From contig CAVTBU010000007.1 of the NCBI GenBank assembly GCA_963733035.1, positions 1 through 64,000 of the forward strand: a stretch of DNA of 64,000 nt, read 5' to 3'. The notes under the pieces are model-generated. The model ran no database searches. It saw nothing but the letters and a program-made list of their open reading frames with translations, and was not told where the DNA came from. The position numbers and the translations under genes were made by a program. The stretch is from Pirellulales bacterium. GTDB taxonomy: Bacteria > Planctomycetota > Planctomycetia > Pirellulales > PALSA-1355. Position 1 is the first letter of the stretch, and each line of letters opens with the position of its first letter. Below, one piece after another: positions 39,682 to 54,290 of the stretch.

Positions 39682-41355
39682 TTAGCCCCGCGTGCGGCCG
39701 AAGCAGGCCAGACACATGTCGTCGCTTTGCGGGCGTCCGCCGACGAAGAGCTTGACGTCGTCCAAGATCAGGCGGCCCAGGTCGTCGACTGATGCGGTGG
39801 GCTGGGCAAGCTTGGTGCGCAGGCGCTCGAGGCCGTACAGCTCGCTGTCGGCGTTCATCGCTTCGCTGATGCCGTCGGTGAACAGTGCCAGGAAGTCGCC
39901 TTTGTTGAAGCTGCAGCTGTATTGCTCGTATTGATAGTCGGGGTCGACGCCCAGCGGCAGGCCGGCTTGCTCGTCGCCAATTTCCTCGACGTCGCCCCGG
40001 GCGTGCCGCAGCAGTGGTGCCATGTGCCCCGCGTTCACGATGGTCAACTCGTTCGACATGCCGTCGAGCACGGCCAGCACGAACGTGACGAATCGATCTT
40101 GCCAGCCGCTACGGCTGAAGCTGGAGTTGATGCGGCTGACCGCTCCGGCCGCGGTCGGCTCGCTGGCCAGGCAATAGCGCACCTCGCCAGAAAGTTTGGC
40201 CATCAGCAGCGCGGCCGAGACACCCTTGCCAGAGACATCGCCCAGCACGACGGCCAGACGATGGTTCGACAACTCGACGTAGTCGTAGTAGTCGCCGCCG
40301 ACCTGGTTGGCCGGCTCATAGAAATCGAAGAAGTGGTAGCCCGGCAGTTGGGGCGGAGCGGCCGGTAGCAGGCCGCGTTGCACCTTGTGGGCGAGTTCCA
40401 GGTCGCGCTGGACGGCTTGTTGTTTGAGCGTGGTTTCGTGCAGTTGGGCGTTGTCGACGGCGATGGCCGCTTGCGAGGCGATGCTCGCCAGCACGTCGAG
40501 GTCGTCCTTCTGAAAGCGGTGCCGGCTATCCATGGCGTCGATTTGAATCACGCCCAGGGATTGTCCGTCGTTGTTGACCAGGGGCGCGCACATCATCGAG
40601 CGGATCCGCAAATCGGCAATGCTCTGGCTCGTATCGAACCGCGCGTCACTGGCGGCGTCCGCCGAGAGCACGGCCTCCTGGGATTTCATCACCTGATTGA
40701 CGATTGTCCGGCTGACGCGAATCTGATCTTCGTTGTCGGCGCGGCGATGCTTGACCGCCTTGGGCACCAGCACTCCCTCGGGTGTCGAACGAAGGATCAC
40801 GAAGCCGCGGTCGGCCTGCAGGAAGATTTTGAACACGCTATCGAGCAGCTTGGCGAGCACTTCGTCGAGGCTCACCGCCTTGCCCAGGTTTTGCGCGATT
40901 TCGATCATCGCCCGCAGCTTGACCTCGGGATTGACTTGCAGCCGGACGCCCGAATTGCTAGTCGAGACATCGAGCTTGGACATGATGGACGAGTTGGGAG
41001 AAATCCCTTCGTCGTCCAACAATGCCAGCGAAGCGGTTTCGGTGACCGGAATGCGATCGCTGGGCTGATCGGTGTAGAACGTGAACGAGAGATCGCAAAT
41101 CTTCAGGCGGTCGCCGTCCTGCAGCAGCTTGCGGCCGGCAATCAACTGGCCATTGACGAACGTACCATTGCGGCTATGCAGGTCTTCGACGTAAAAATCG
41201 CCGCCCTCGCGAATGATCTGGGCATGCTGGCGGCTGACGCTGGCACTTTCGAGCACCAGGTCGCAATCGGGATGCCGGCCCATGACGTTCCGTTCGCCGA
41301 GAAGCGGCAATTGGTCAGTGGCGCCGGAGGCGTTGACAGTCTGCAAAATGGCCAT
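39682..41355 (-). CDS. FHA-GAF-SpoIIE (PP2C-like) phosphatase
   Basis: GRHPDC..SVSRQHA..SRNGTFVNG; GAF; VGGDYYD, GDVSGKG, FTDGISE, SDDMC. Confidence 0.93.
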   Translation of the reverse strand: MAILQTVNASGATDQLPLLGERNVMGRHPDCDLVLESASVSRQHAQIIREGGDFYVEDLHSRNGTFVNGQLIAGRKLLQDGDRLKICDLSFTFYTDQPSDRIPVTETASLALLDDEGISPNSSIMSKLDVSTSNSGVRLQVNPEVKLRAMIEIAQNLGKAVSLDEVLAKLLDSVFKIFLQADRGFVILRSTPEGVLVPKAVKHRRADNEDQIRVSRTIVNQVMKSQEAVLSADAASDARFDTSQSIADLRIRSMMCAPLVNNDGQSLGVIQIDAMDSRHRFQKDDLDVLASIASQAAIAVDNAQLHETTLKQQAVQRDLELAHKVQRGLLPAAPPQLPGYHFFDFYEPANQVGGDYYDYVELSNHRLAVVLGDVSGKGVSAALLMAKLSGEVRYCLASEPTAAGAVSRINSSFSRSGWQDRFVTFVLAVLDGMSNELTIVNAGHMAPLLRHARGDVEEIGDEQAGLPLGVDPDYQYEQYSCSFNKGDFLALFTDGISEAMNADSELYGLERLRTKLAQPTASVDDLGRLILDDVKLFVGGRPQSDDMCLACFGRTRG

Positions 41356-41612
41356 CGAAAGGCTCGTTCGCAACGGGTTCCGCGGGGTGCCGCGCTCGGG
41401 AGGCCGCGCGCACATGTTCGGTTCTGGTCCGCCTGTCAGAGTCGTGCAGGCCGGATGCCGCAAGCAGCAGGAAACGCCCTTGGCGGCACAATCCAGCGGC
41501 CGAGGCCTATCATAATGTAAACCCGCGGCTCGCACTATGGGCCGCCCGGCGCATCAAAGTGGACGAAAACGACATTGACGTCCCGGGGGCAACTACCTAC
41601 GCTTTGCCCCCC

Positions 41613-42818
41613 ATGCATCGTCCTATCCTTACGATTCTGTATATTGCGCTCGCATCCTGCGCGGTCGCGCCGGTCGCTGGCGAAGAACCATCGCTCGCTC
41701 CCAGCGAGGGCGTGGTGCTGCTTGCCAATGGCGAGCTGATTGCGGGCAAGATCATTCCGGCCGGCGATCACTACGACGTCCATTTGGCGTCCGGCGAGAT
41801 CTGCTTGCGTCGCTCGGATGTCGCCCTGGTTTGCCGCAACGCCCAGGAGTGCTATCGCCACAAACGCGACGACATCGAGCTGGGCCGCACGAGCGACCAC
41901 CTCGATCTGGCCGAATGGTGCATTCGCAACGGGCTATTGACCGAGGCCGAGCGCGAGCTGGCCGACGCCCAACGCGCCGATCCGATGCATCCTCGTCTGC
42001 GGCTGATCGGCTCGCGACTTGAGCTGGCCAGGCAGCCGCCACCGAGTGAACCGGCGCACGCCACGGAGCAATTGGTGTCGCACTCGCCGCTCGACAGCCT
42101 GGCCCGCAATATGCCGGCTGGTACGATGGAGATGTTCACCAACACGATTCAACCGCTGCTGCTCAACTACTGTTCGAAGAGCGGCTGTCACTCCAGCCGG
42201 CAGGACGGCGGGCTGAAGCTGGAACGCGTTCACCCGCGATTTTCGGGCCGCACGACCACGCAGCGAAATCTGAAACAAGTGCTTGCCCTGATCGACCGCG
42301 AGAATCCGCCGGCGAGCAAGCTGCTGCAAGTGCCCATTCGTCCGCACGGCACAGTGGGCGTGCCGATCTTCACCGATCGCCAACACGGCCAATATCGCCA
42401 GCTTGTGGAATGGGTCTATTCGATTGCCGGCGCGCGATTGCCGACAGAACCGCCCACGCTCGCCGAGCGCACGGCGCCGCTCTTGCAGTCGATACCCGGC
42501 GCAAGCGGCCAGGTGGCGGTCGAACCAGCGGGTGCGGCCACCGCGGCCCCAGCGGAATTGTTGCCCGTGGACTTCGAAGCCGAGTTGCCGACCCCCGCCG
42601 AGCCGACTCAAGCAGGCGACTTGCCGCCGGCCTCGTCGGCCGATCAGGCCTTCACTCCCGAGCAGCTGCGTTCGATGGGCATCGATCCGTTTGCTCCCGG
42701 CCCAAGCTTCAATGCGGGGTTATCACCCGTGCAGCGAGGCGCAAAACCTGCCGCGGGCTTCACGCCAAAGGATGAGTTCGATCCGGAAATCTTCAACCGG
42801 CGATACTTCTCGAAGTAG
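41613..42818 (+). CDS. Secreted hypothetical protein (CxxxxCH motif, Pro-rich tail)
   Basis: Signal peptide; IQPLLLNYCSKSGCH. Confidence 0.7.
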   Translation: MHRPILTILYIALASCAVAPVAGEEPSLAPSEGVVLLANGELIAGKIIPAGDHYDVHLASGEICLRRSDVALVCRNAQECYRHKRDDIELGRTSDHLDLAEWCIRNGLLTEAERELADAQRADPMHPRLRLIGSRLELARQPPPSEPAHATEQLVSHSPLDSLARNMPAGTMEMFTNTIQPLLLNYCSKSGCHSSRQDGGLKLERVHPRFSGRTTTQRNLKQVLALIDRENPPASKLLQVPIRPHGTVGVPIFTDRQHGQYRQLVEWVYSIAGARLPTEPPTLAERTAPLLQSIPGASGQVAVEPAGAATAAPAELLPVDFEAELPTPAEPTQAGDLPPASSADQAFTPEQLRSMGIDPFAPGPSFNAGLSPVQRGAKPAAGFTPKDEFDPEIFNRRYFSK

Positions 42819-44706
42819 TCACTCGGGCCGCATGTCGCCCATGCCGGCACTGGCCAGGTACGGGCCGTGGGGTTCGCGCCAGTGCACCTGTGCCAGAACC
42901 TCGGCCAAGTCAGCGCGGCTGGCAGGCTTGGTAAGGTGGAAGTTGAATCCAGATTCGGTGCTCTGCCGGCGATCTTCGTCGCGCCCGTAACCGGTCAATG
43001 CGATCAGTGGCAGACCGGCGAACTCGGGCGTGCGTCGAATTCGCCGGGCGAGGTCGTAGCCGCTGATGCCGGGCATGGCCAAATCGAGAAACACGGCGTC
43101 CGTGGGCTGTTGGCATAGGAGCGCATAGACGGCGGTTGGCTGCGAGACGACCGTCACTTGTTGGCCCAGCGATCGCAGCATCATGGCCACCACGTTGCCC
43201 ACGGTCGGCTCGTCGTCGACGACCAGGATGCGATGCGGCCCCAGAACTTCCCGGTCCGCATCATGGTGCGGCAGCCGTGTCGTGGCATCGCCGAATACAT
43301 GCGCTCCGGCCGGTAGCCAAACGTCGAACTGGCTGCCGCGGTTGGGGCCGTCGCTATGGGCTTCGACGCTGCCGCCATGGAGCTCGACGAGCTTCTTGAC
43401 CAGCGTCAGACCGATCCCCAAGCCGCCCTGAGCGCGATCCAGGGTTTGATCTGCCTGCTGGAACATCTCGAAGATCTTGGCGAGCATGTCACGCGAGATG
43501 CCCGCGCCCTGGTCGCGAACACTTAGGCGCAGCGCGCTGGCCGTCGACGACGGCTGAGATCCAAATTTGACTGCCGGGTGGCGAATACTTTGCGGCATTG
43601 TTCAGCAAATTGGCCAACACTTGCGTAAGTCGCGTGGCATCACCATAGATAACGATTGGTTCGGGTGGTAAATCGATATTGAGCGTGTGCCGCCTGGTTT
43701 CAATCAGCGTTTGAGTTTCTTCGACAGCGCGCATAACGAGATCGCGAACGATGACATTTTCTCGTCGCAATGAAAGTTTGTCGCGGCTGATGCGTGAAAC
43801 GTCCATCAAGTCGTCGATCAACCGCGACATCTGTTGCACCTGCCGCTGCATGAGTTGCCGCAACTGAGCCAATTCGTGCGGATCGGATTCAACCATCGGC
43901 CACAATTCGAGCGCGTTGGCGATCGGTGAGAGCGGATTGCGCAGCTCATGCGCGAGCGTCGCCAGGAATTCGTCCTTGTGCTGGTGCGCGTCCTTGAGGG
44001 CGCGTTCGGTCTCAAGCTGTTCGGTGATGTCGGTGAGCGTGCCAAACCAGCATTCGATTTCACCACGATCGTTGCGCAGCGGCCTGGCGCGGGCCAGTTG
44101 CCAGCGCATCTGGCCATCGCGGCGCCGCAGGCGAAAGGTATCTTCCCACGGCTCGCCGCTGGCCAGTGCCGTACGCCAACGAATGAGCGTGTCGGACAGT
44201 TCGTCGGGATCGTGCAGCGACTGCCAGCCCCAGCCGATGACGTCCTCACGCCGCGATCCCGTGTAGTCATACCAGCGCTGGTTGTACCAAAACCGGTGGC
44301 CATCGGCCCGCGCGATCCAGACGAGTTGGGGGATCGAGTCCGCAAGTGTGCGAAATTGCTTTTCGGTTTCGCGGCGTCGCGCCCGGTGCAGCGCTTCGCA
44401 GAGCGCACTAATGGTCAGACCAATTGCCACGAATACGATCGCACCGAGGATATGATCGACGCGGTCGATCCGCAGCGAGCCGAGCGGTGGAACGAAAAAG
44501 TAGGCGGCCGAGGCCAGGCCCAGCGAAGTAGCCAGCACGCCGGGGCCGAAGCCGCCACGCCACGCGGCCGCCATCACCGCCAAGACGAAAGGCAGCAGCA
44601 GCGCTTGTTCATCGAGCGCCGCGTGTAGTCCGCTGCGCACGACCAACACCAGGGCAGCGCCGGCCAGGGCGATCAGATATCCCTGCCGCTTTTGCGAGCG
44701 ATTCAT
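42819..44706 (-). CDS. Hybrid sensor kinase (DUF4118-like TM, PAS, HisKA, HATPase, REC), frameshift near 43530
   Basis: FLATLAHELRNPL and NLLNNAAKYS in one frame; GGLGIGL and REC in the next. Confidence 0.88.
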
Positions 44707-44890
44707 CACGCCTCCTCACTTTCAAACACGATGAAGTTGGGGGCGGTTGGAAACAACTTCAAGGCTATCGACTCGCGCGATAAACGTCGAGCAAGCTTAC
44801 CAACTTGTCAGATTGGACGTGCAGTTGAACATGCGTCGACGAGATCTAACAAACACCGCCCCTGGACCATAGCCCGCAGCGAGGTGGCGA

Positions 44891-45262
44891 TCACGCAGTC
44901 GTTGTGAGATGTTCTTCCAGTATCGGAATCAGCTCCTGAAAGTCCGCCGGTTTTGATAGCACACGAAGTACACCGGCTTCGATAGCAGGATAGACGACGT
45001 CGATCGTCGTGTGCCCGGTCAAAAAAACTCCGGCCAGTTCCGGTTGAACAGCCCGCATTTCTCGAAACAGTTCGACACCGTTTAGCCCGGGCATTTGATA
45101 GTCGATGATCGCCACGCCGTATGCCTTCTGGGAGGCCAGTTGCAGGGCGGCTTGGCCGTTGTAGGCCATGTCGGTCTGGTAGCCGAAAGCAGACAATAGT
45201 CGAGCCATCATCGTGCAAGCGTCGCGATTGTCGTCCACAATCAGAATGGGCAGCGTACTCAT
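44891..45262 (-). CDS. Single-domain response regulator
   Basis: ILIVDD, IDYQMPGLNG, LTG, SKP. Confidence 0.9.
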   Translation of the reverse strand: MSTLPILIVDDNRDACTMMARLLSAFGYQTDMAYNGQAALQLASQKAYGVAIIDYQMPGLNGVELFREMRAVQPELAGVFLTGHTTIDVVYPAIEAGVLRVLSKPADFQELIPILEEHLTTTA

Positions 45263-45419
45263 GAAGAAATTTCCTGAACCTAGATGGGGGCGTCGCATTG
45301 CGAGAGGGGCGCTTCTAAATTCCTAATACGTCCCGCCGTGCGATCGGGTCTTGTCCAGACCGGCGGATTGCGGAATCGTAATCCCACGACGACGTGCAAC
45401 GCGCAATCGGACCTCGAAT

Positions 45420-45860
45420 TCAGCGAGATACAAGCGAAATTGCACCGCCGGCAAGCGCATCGAGAAACAGCCGGTTGCTTTCGAGCAGTTCGGCCAGGGC
45501 CAGCATCTGGTCGCGCGACAACCAGGCGAAAGATTCGACTTCGTCCGCGTTCGGCACAATCGTTGCTCTCGGATCGATCTCCCCCAGCCACCAGGCGAGT
45601 GCGACACCCCAGGGCGTCGTGCTCCGCCAGATGCACGCGCGGGGCACAATGTTGACGCCGAGTTCTTCCCTGATTTCACGCTCGAGCGCCTCCGGTTCCG
45701 ACTCGTTCTCCTCAATGCCGCCACCGGGGAAGCAATACTTGCCCGGCGCCAATACGCCCGCGGCCCGGCGAATCACCAAAAAGCGTTCTTCGCGCACGAC
45801 GACCGCCACCACGCCATGGCGGCGGATGGCCGGTTCGATTTGTTCGGGGGTACCGTGCAT
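45420..45860 (-). CDS. NUDIX hydrolase
   Basis: FPGGGIEENESEPEALEREIREELGV Nudix box. Confidence 0.9.
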   Translation of the reverse strand: MHGTPEQIEPAIRRHGVVAVVVREERFLVIRRAAGVLAPGKYCFPGGGIEENESEPEALEREIREELGVNIVPRACIWRSTTPWGVALAWWLGEIDPRATIVPNADEVESFAWLSRDQMLALAELLESNRLFLDALAGGAISLVSR

Positions 45861-45990
45861 GCAACTTGCTATCGTCGTCCGACCGTGCCCTGTTGTCGAG
45901 TGCCGCCGACTGCGGTTTACCGGATGGGGAATAGTTCAACTCCATTCGGGATCATACTTCGTGAGGGACGAACTCACCTGAGGTGAATCG

Positions 45991-46458
45991 ATGCGAGATC
46001 AGGCTGCGCGACCAGCGAATTGGCAAGTTCCGCGAGAAACGCCGCGGTGGTATGAATGGGTGATCGCCATCGTGCTAATGTTGGCGGTGCTGGGGCATTT
46101 TGTCGTTAAGCCCGCGGTCGAAGCACTGTTGCAGGGTGCAGGGCGAGTGGTGGGCTCGGTTGCCCACGGACTCTCCGTGTTCTTGCAGGCTCAATATGCA
46201 GTGGCTCGCTTCAGTATCGAGCACGACCCGCAGGTTGTCGCCTTGTTGGGACCATCGGTCGCCTGCCCGCTGGTCGATCAGGTGCAGTGGCTCGATTCTC
46301 AAGGGCGTCAGGAGTTGGCCTTCACCTTCCCCGTCGCCGGCTCTCGCCGCAGCGGCCAAGCGCACGTCATCGTTGGCAATGTCGGTGGCGAGTATCGTCC
46401 GGTGAGCATCATTGTTGAAGTTGCGGATCAGTGCGTGCTCGTGCCGCCGCTGCCGTGA
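45991..46458 (+). CDS. Hypothetical membrane-anchored protein
   Basis: GAGGTG RBS; N-terminal TM segment. Confidence 0.55.
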   Translation: MRDQAARPANWQVPRETPRWYEWVIAIVLMLAVLGHFVVKPAVEALLQGAGRVVGSVAHGLSVFLQAQYAVARFSIEHDPQVVALLGPSVACPLVDQVQWLDSQGRQELAFTFPVAGSRRSGQAHVIVGNVGGEYRPVSIIVEVADQCVLVPPLP

Positions 46459-46563
46459 GGGGGTCGTTTGGGCGCGGGTTGTTCGGCGCGGATGCCTCTT
46501 TATAATGCCTTCGATACGGTTCAGACGTTCGCTGATGCGCTGAACGGGGGCATGAGGCATTCG

Positions 46564-49380
46564 ATGACGAGCGCGGCGGAGCACAATCTTGAAACGCATC
46601 TGGAACCGTTCGGCCTGACGCGCGTTTCGGCCCGGCCAACGCGACGTGATTGAAACCGTGCTCTCGGGTCGCGATTGCCTGTGCGTGATGCCGACCGGCG
46701 GTGGCAAGAGCCTGTGTTATCAACTGCCGGCCATCGCCCGCGACGGAGTGACACTCGTCATATCACCCTTGATCGCGCTGATGAAAGATCAAGTCGACGG
46801 TCTAGTCGCCCGCGGTCTCCCAGCGACGTTCATCAACAGCACGCTGGCTCCCGACGAACAGGCGGCCCGGCTGCAGGGGATGGCGTCTGGCGAGTACAAG
46901 CTCGTTTACGTCGTGCCCGAGCGTTTCCGCAGCTCGCGGTTTGTCGAGGCGGCGCGGCAAAGCAACGTGCGGTTGTTGGCCGTCGACGAAGCGCATTGCG
47001 TCAGCGAATGGGGACACGATTTTCGCCCGGACTACGCGCGGTTGGGCCGTTTCCGGGCGCAGCTCAAGAATCCACCTACGATCGCGCTAACGGCCACGGC
47101 GACGGATGCCGTGCGCCGCGATATCGTCGAATTGCTCAATTTGCACGAGCCGGCCGTATACATCACGGGCTTTGCCCGACCGAACCTGCACTACGGCGTA
47201 CAGGTCTGCCCGTCCGATCGCGACAAGGACCGAACGCTGCTGGGCTTTCTCGAAGAGAACCCCGGCTCGGGCATCATCTACGCGTCGACCCGCAAGCGAT
47301 GCGAGGAATTGGCCGAGCGAATTGGCGAGCAGTCGGGCCGCTCGACGGTCGTGTACCATGCGGGCCTTCAGCCACAAGAACGCCGCGCGGCACAAGACGC
47401 CTTTATGCGGGGCGAACGGGAGATCGCGGTGGCCACCTTGGCCTTTGGCATGGGCATCGACAAGGCCGACGTGCGGTTTGTCGTGCACTACAACCTGCCC
47501 GGCAGCATCGAGGCCTACTATCAGGAAGCGGGCCGCGCGGGCGCGACGGCCAGCCCGCCCGCTGCTTGCTGCTGTTCGGCGGCGGCGATCGGCACATCCA
47601 CGAGTTCTTCATCGAGAGCTCGTATCCCAGTCGCGACGTCGTGCGCCAAGTGTACGAATTCCTGCGCGGCCTGGAACAAAGCCCCATCGAGCTGACGCAG
47701 CAGGAGGTCAAAGAAACCCTCGGACTGCAGATTGGCAATGAGGGCGTGGGGGCCTGCGAAAAGTTGCTCGACGGAGCCGGCGCGATCGAGCGGCTCGAGT
47801 CGAGTGAAAACATGGCGGCCGTGCGGCTGGCGAGCGACGTACCCACGCTGGTGGAGCTATTGCCGCCGCAGGCCAGGTCCAAGCGTCGCATCATGAGGGC
47901 CGTCGAACAATTGGTTGGCGCGCGCCGGCACGATTGGTGTTACTTACAACCGCGCGAAATTCTGCGGGAGCTGACCGATTTGGACAGCACCGATTTGAGT
48001 CGCCACTTGCGAGAGATGACTTCGCTGTCGGCATTCGATTACATTCCGCCGTTTCGCGGTCGGGCAATCCACGTGCCGAATCGCGAGTTGGCATTTGGCG
48101 ACATTGAGATTGATTTCGAGACGCTTGAAAAGCAGAAGGCCGCCGAGTACGAGCGGCTCGAGCAGGTGCTGCGGTTTGCCCGCGATCATCGCTGCCGGCA
48201 AAAGCGAATTCTGGAGTATTTCGGCCAGCAAGACGCCGGCAATTGCGGCAACTGCGACAACTGCCAACCGACGACGGGCGGCGGAAGTTGGGGTTCGCCA
48301 AATCAAGTCTCCGGACCCGTGCTCGACGCCGTGCGAATCGTGCTCAGCGGCGTGGCTCGCGTGTCGCAGCGCCGTGTAGGCTGCGGCAAGCAACTGTTGG
48401 CCAAGATGTTGTGCGGATCGAGCGACAAGGCAGTTCAGCGCAATCGGCTCGACAAACTAAGCACGTTCGGCCTGCTCTCGCATCTGAAACAGACCGACGT
48501 GGCCCAACTCGCCGACGCGCTGCTGTTGGCCGGGCTGCTTGAACAGAACGAAATCGAGCCGTTCCGACCGATCGTGCAGCTCACGGCCGTGGGCCTCGAA
48601 GTGATGAGCGGTCGGGCCGGCGCCGACCTGGCCCTTTCACTTCCCGACGAACTGCGACATAAACTCGATCCGAACTTGCCGCCAGAGGCGAGATCGGCGG
48701 CATCACCAGATGCCGATCTTGTCGCGCGGTTGCGCGCGTGGCGCGACACGACGCGACAGGCTCACAAGGTACCGGCCTACGTGATCCTGACCAATGCCGT
48801 GATCGACGAGTTGGCGCGCGTACGGCCCCGCACGCGAGCAGAGCTTTCGGGCGTGAAAGGGATTGGCGCCAAGAAAGCGGAGCAATTCGGCGGTGAGCTG
48901 TTGGAAATCATCGCGCCGGCAGCAAGGCAGCTCGGGGAAGAGCAAGCACCCGTGAACGACGCGAAGGGCCAAACCAGAGATGTCGAACCAGTCATGAGCG
49001 CGCAGGCAACGTTGAATGAGACCGAGCCCGTGCTCCACGTGGCGTGCGAGTCGTCGGCCGAGGCGGCGATAGCATCCAGGGCGCAGGCGAGCCACTACTG
49101 GACATGGCGACTGCTTTCGCACGGCTTCACGCCCGACGAGTGCGCGGCAATTCGCTCATTGGAGGCCGACGTGGTGCTCGATCATGCGTTGCGCACGGCC
49201 GACAGCGGCTTGCCAATCGATGCCCGCTGGTTTCTTACGGAGCAACAAATCGCTGCGATTTCGTCGGTCGTCGGTCCCGCGTTGCCGAGCCGCATTCGTC
49301 CTTTGCTGGGCAAGCTGCCACGAGGCACGCGCTACGAGGACGTGCAATTAGTCGTCAAATCACGACCATCGGCGTCGTAG
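46564..49380 (+). CDS. recQ: RecQ-family helicase (frameshifts near 46625 and 47540)
   Basis: MPTGGGKSLCYQ, VDEAHC, AFGMGIDK, YYQEAGRAG, CGNCDNC, HRDC domain. Confidence 0.92.
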
Positions 49381-49545
49381 GTGTCATTGGGCATCGGGTG
49401 ATTTTGTGGCTGTGCGCGTGCTTGAAAACTGAACGTGCCGCCCGTGCCGGCGGTTGTCGGGGTCGAAAATAGGCGCCCCGTGGGATACAATTCCCCAGCG
49501 AGCGGCGCATTGGTACGCCGCTCTTAGAGCATTCGGAGGTAACCG

Positions 49546-51555
<2,010 letters not shown>

Positions 51556-51571
51556 GCCTCGCGTCGTAGGC

Positions 51572-52902
51572 TCATCGCCGTAGGTTTTTAAGACGCTCGG
51601 GTGGCTTCGGCGTGGCGTCCAATAATCGTCCCCGAGGCAATGGCTCTTCGTGACCCGGTGGCGGCATGATGGCCGGCATCGGCAGCCAGGTGGCGAGAAC
51701 AGCCGTCTCGCGCGTCGCCGGCACGTGCACGTCGCTATTCGGTACGAGCGTTCGCACCAGGTCGACTACCGGTTGACTGAGCACCGGTGCTTCTTCTACC
51801 AGCACAAAATGCTTGTCGACCAGTAGCCCCCCTTTGGTTCCGGGCACCGCCCCGCGCAGCGTCATGCCGCCGGGCCCCATTTCGAAACCAGCGCACAGCT
51901 GTTCGTAGGGAAGCCAATTGCTGGGACCGAGGATCGCCTCGTCCGAGGCACACACGTGCAGGTGCGTTTCGGCCGACTGCACGAGCGACCGGCTGATCAC
52001 GCCCGGACCGGCGGTGAAATTGCCGGCGGCGCTTTCCAGTCGACCACCGGAAATCGTGACGCGATCCAAGCGGGCGGCGGCCAGTCCCGTGAGCTTGTGC
52101 GGGAAGGGTCGGACCAGCGAGTCGAGATCGATATCCGCCAGATCGCCACGCAATTCCGTGCGCCAAGTGCCGGCTTGTTCGATGGCCGAGGCGCGTCCGT
52201 TGAAGGTGCAACTTTTGCCCAATTGGGCCACCCCGGGCCAGATCGAGACGATCAGCGCCGCGGGAAGGGGAGTGCTGCCGGTGGAAAATTCAATCGAATG
52301 GATGAGCGTGCCCGCATGTTGGCGACGCGTGAGCACGATCTCGCAGGGCTCGGGATCGGCCGGCACTGGGGCGATCGCCCGGCGGAAGCTCAACTTGGCC
52401 AGTGCCTGGCCTTCGTCGCCGTCGAGCGCGCCGAACAGTTCCGTGTAGGTTTGATCTCCTCCGTCGAGGTGCACGGTGAGATTGTTCGCCGCGAACTGCA
52501 CGTGCTGGTCGCGGGCGGATGCACGTCCCAACTCCTGCGCAACCTTCCAGAACGCGTCGAACCGTGTGCCGTTGATGATCGCGGGAAATGGCAGCCGTAC
52601 GGTAACAGCGTCGCCACTCGTGTCGATCTCCGCGAACGGCAACCGCGCAAGCAATTGGCCGTTGTTCGGGTCGAAGAGTTCCAGGTCACGGTAGAGCAGC
52701 AGGTTTGGCCGCGGTGTGCTCACCTCCGCAAGCCGAGCGTTCCAGCCTAGCTGTGCGGCGATTGTGCGTTCGTGAACCTGACGATACCAGTCGAGCCGCA
52801 CCACGACGCTCCACGCCAGCACGGCGCACAACGGACCGATGCACAGGCGCAAAACGCCGCACGGCATAGCCGAACCTTCGTCGTTTCGTGCAGCGAGAAC
52901 AT
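51572..52902 (-). CDS. Hypothetical membrane-anchored protein (likely start MFSLHETTK at 52902, frameshift near 52845)
   Basis: Long ORF with N-terminal TM; beta-rich composition. Confidence 0.6.
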
Positions 52903-52931
52903 CCTTGTTCCCTATCGAACTCGATCGATTG

Positions 52932-54070
52932 CTACCGCTCACGCGCCATATCGGAAAACAGTTTCCAGCGAGCTTGCATTTCTTGCAGGCTGTCTCCGCC
53001 AAACTTGTCGACTAACGCACACGCCACTTCGAAGGCCACCACGTTCTCAACGATTACACTGGCCGCGCTGACGGCACACACGTCGCTTCGTTCGTAGCTG
53101 GCCTCTTCCGTCTGCTTGGTATCAAGGTTGATCGATTCCAGCGGTTTGCGAAGCGTGCTAATCGGTTTCTTGGCGGCGCGAATCACCAGTGGCTGGCCGT
53201 TGGTCATGCCGGCTTCCAGCCCGCCGGCGTTGTTTGTCGGACGGGTGTAGCCGAAGTTGGGCGATTGCTTCTGGCTCTCATCGTAGTGAATCGGATCGTG
53301 CACTTGAGAGCCCGGCCGTCGGGCCGCTTCGAACCCCAGCCCGATCTCCACTCCCTTGATTGCTTGCACCGCCATCACCGCCTGGGCCAGCCGGCCATCG
53401 AGCTTGCGATCCCACTGGGCATGCGTGCCAAGCCCGAACGGCAGGCCTTCGACCCGCACTTCGACAATCCCGCCGAGCGTGTCGCCCTCTTTGCCCTTGG
53501 CGTCGATGAGGGCCTTGATTTCATCGTCCTGGTCGGGGTTCAGGCTGTAGACTTCGCTCGTCTCGCGCAGCTTCTCTTGCTCGGCCAGGGTGCCCGGTTT
53601 TGACTCGATGGGGATGCCGCCCAGCTCAACGACGTAGCCGAACGCCGCGATGCCGAACGGCTTGAGCAATTGCTTGGCCAGCGCGCCGGCTGCCACGCGA
53701 ACGGTGGTTTCGCGGCGCTGGCCCGTTCGAGAATTGCGCGGATTGAACCTAGATATTTGATCGCGCCCGTCAGGTCACCGTGACCGGGGCGGGGACGAGG
53801 CAGATCGTCGAGCCGCTCGAGCTTGTAGTCCTTGTTGACCACTTGCAGCGCGATCGGGCTGCCGAGCGAGGTGTTGTGCCAGACCCCGCTAAGGATGTCG
53901 ACTCGATCGGTTTCGATTCGCTGCCGCCCGCCGCGGCCATAGCCCCCTTGTCGACGGCGCAATTCGCGGTCGATTGAGTCGGTTTCGATTTCGACCCCTG
54001 CCGGAAATCCATCGACCAAGGCAATCAGAGCCTTGCCGTGCGACTCCCCGGCAGTCCAGTAACGCAGCAT
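52932..54070 (-). CDS. aroC: Chorismate synthase (frameshift near 53715)
   Basis: TAGESHG, RPGHGD, LERAS, TNNAGGLEAGMTNG, ERSDVCAV. Confidence 0.96.
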
Positions 54071-54290
54071 TGCTAACTCAAACGGACTAAAAGGATTAGG
54101 TCACTAGATCGGCGCGCAATGACACCTCCGTTCGATTCTACCTTGGGGTCCGATTGGGCGATAGATCGGTTGGGGGCGTCTGGATAAACAGAGTGAACTA
54201 CGGTGACTTGCCGCAAGACACTCTTGGCCGTCCGTTGTTGGTGCGCAATGCTCCTGGGGGATCTGGCTTGCTTGCGATACATTGACGGGC

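Noticed and set aside
52932..54070. aroC (and recQ) as true pseudogenes
   Set aside because: Isolated indels in otherwise intact conserved genes fit sequencing error better.
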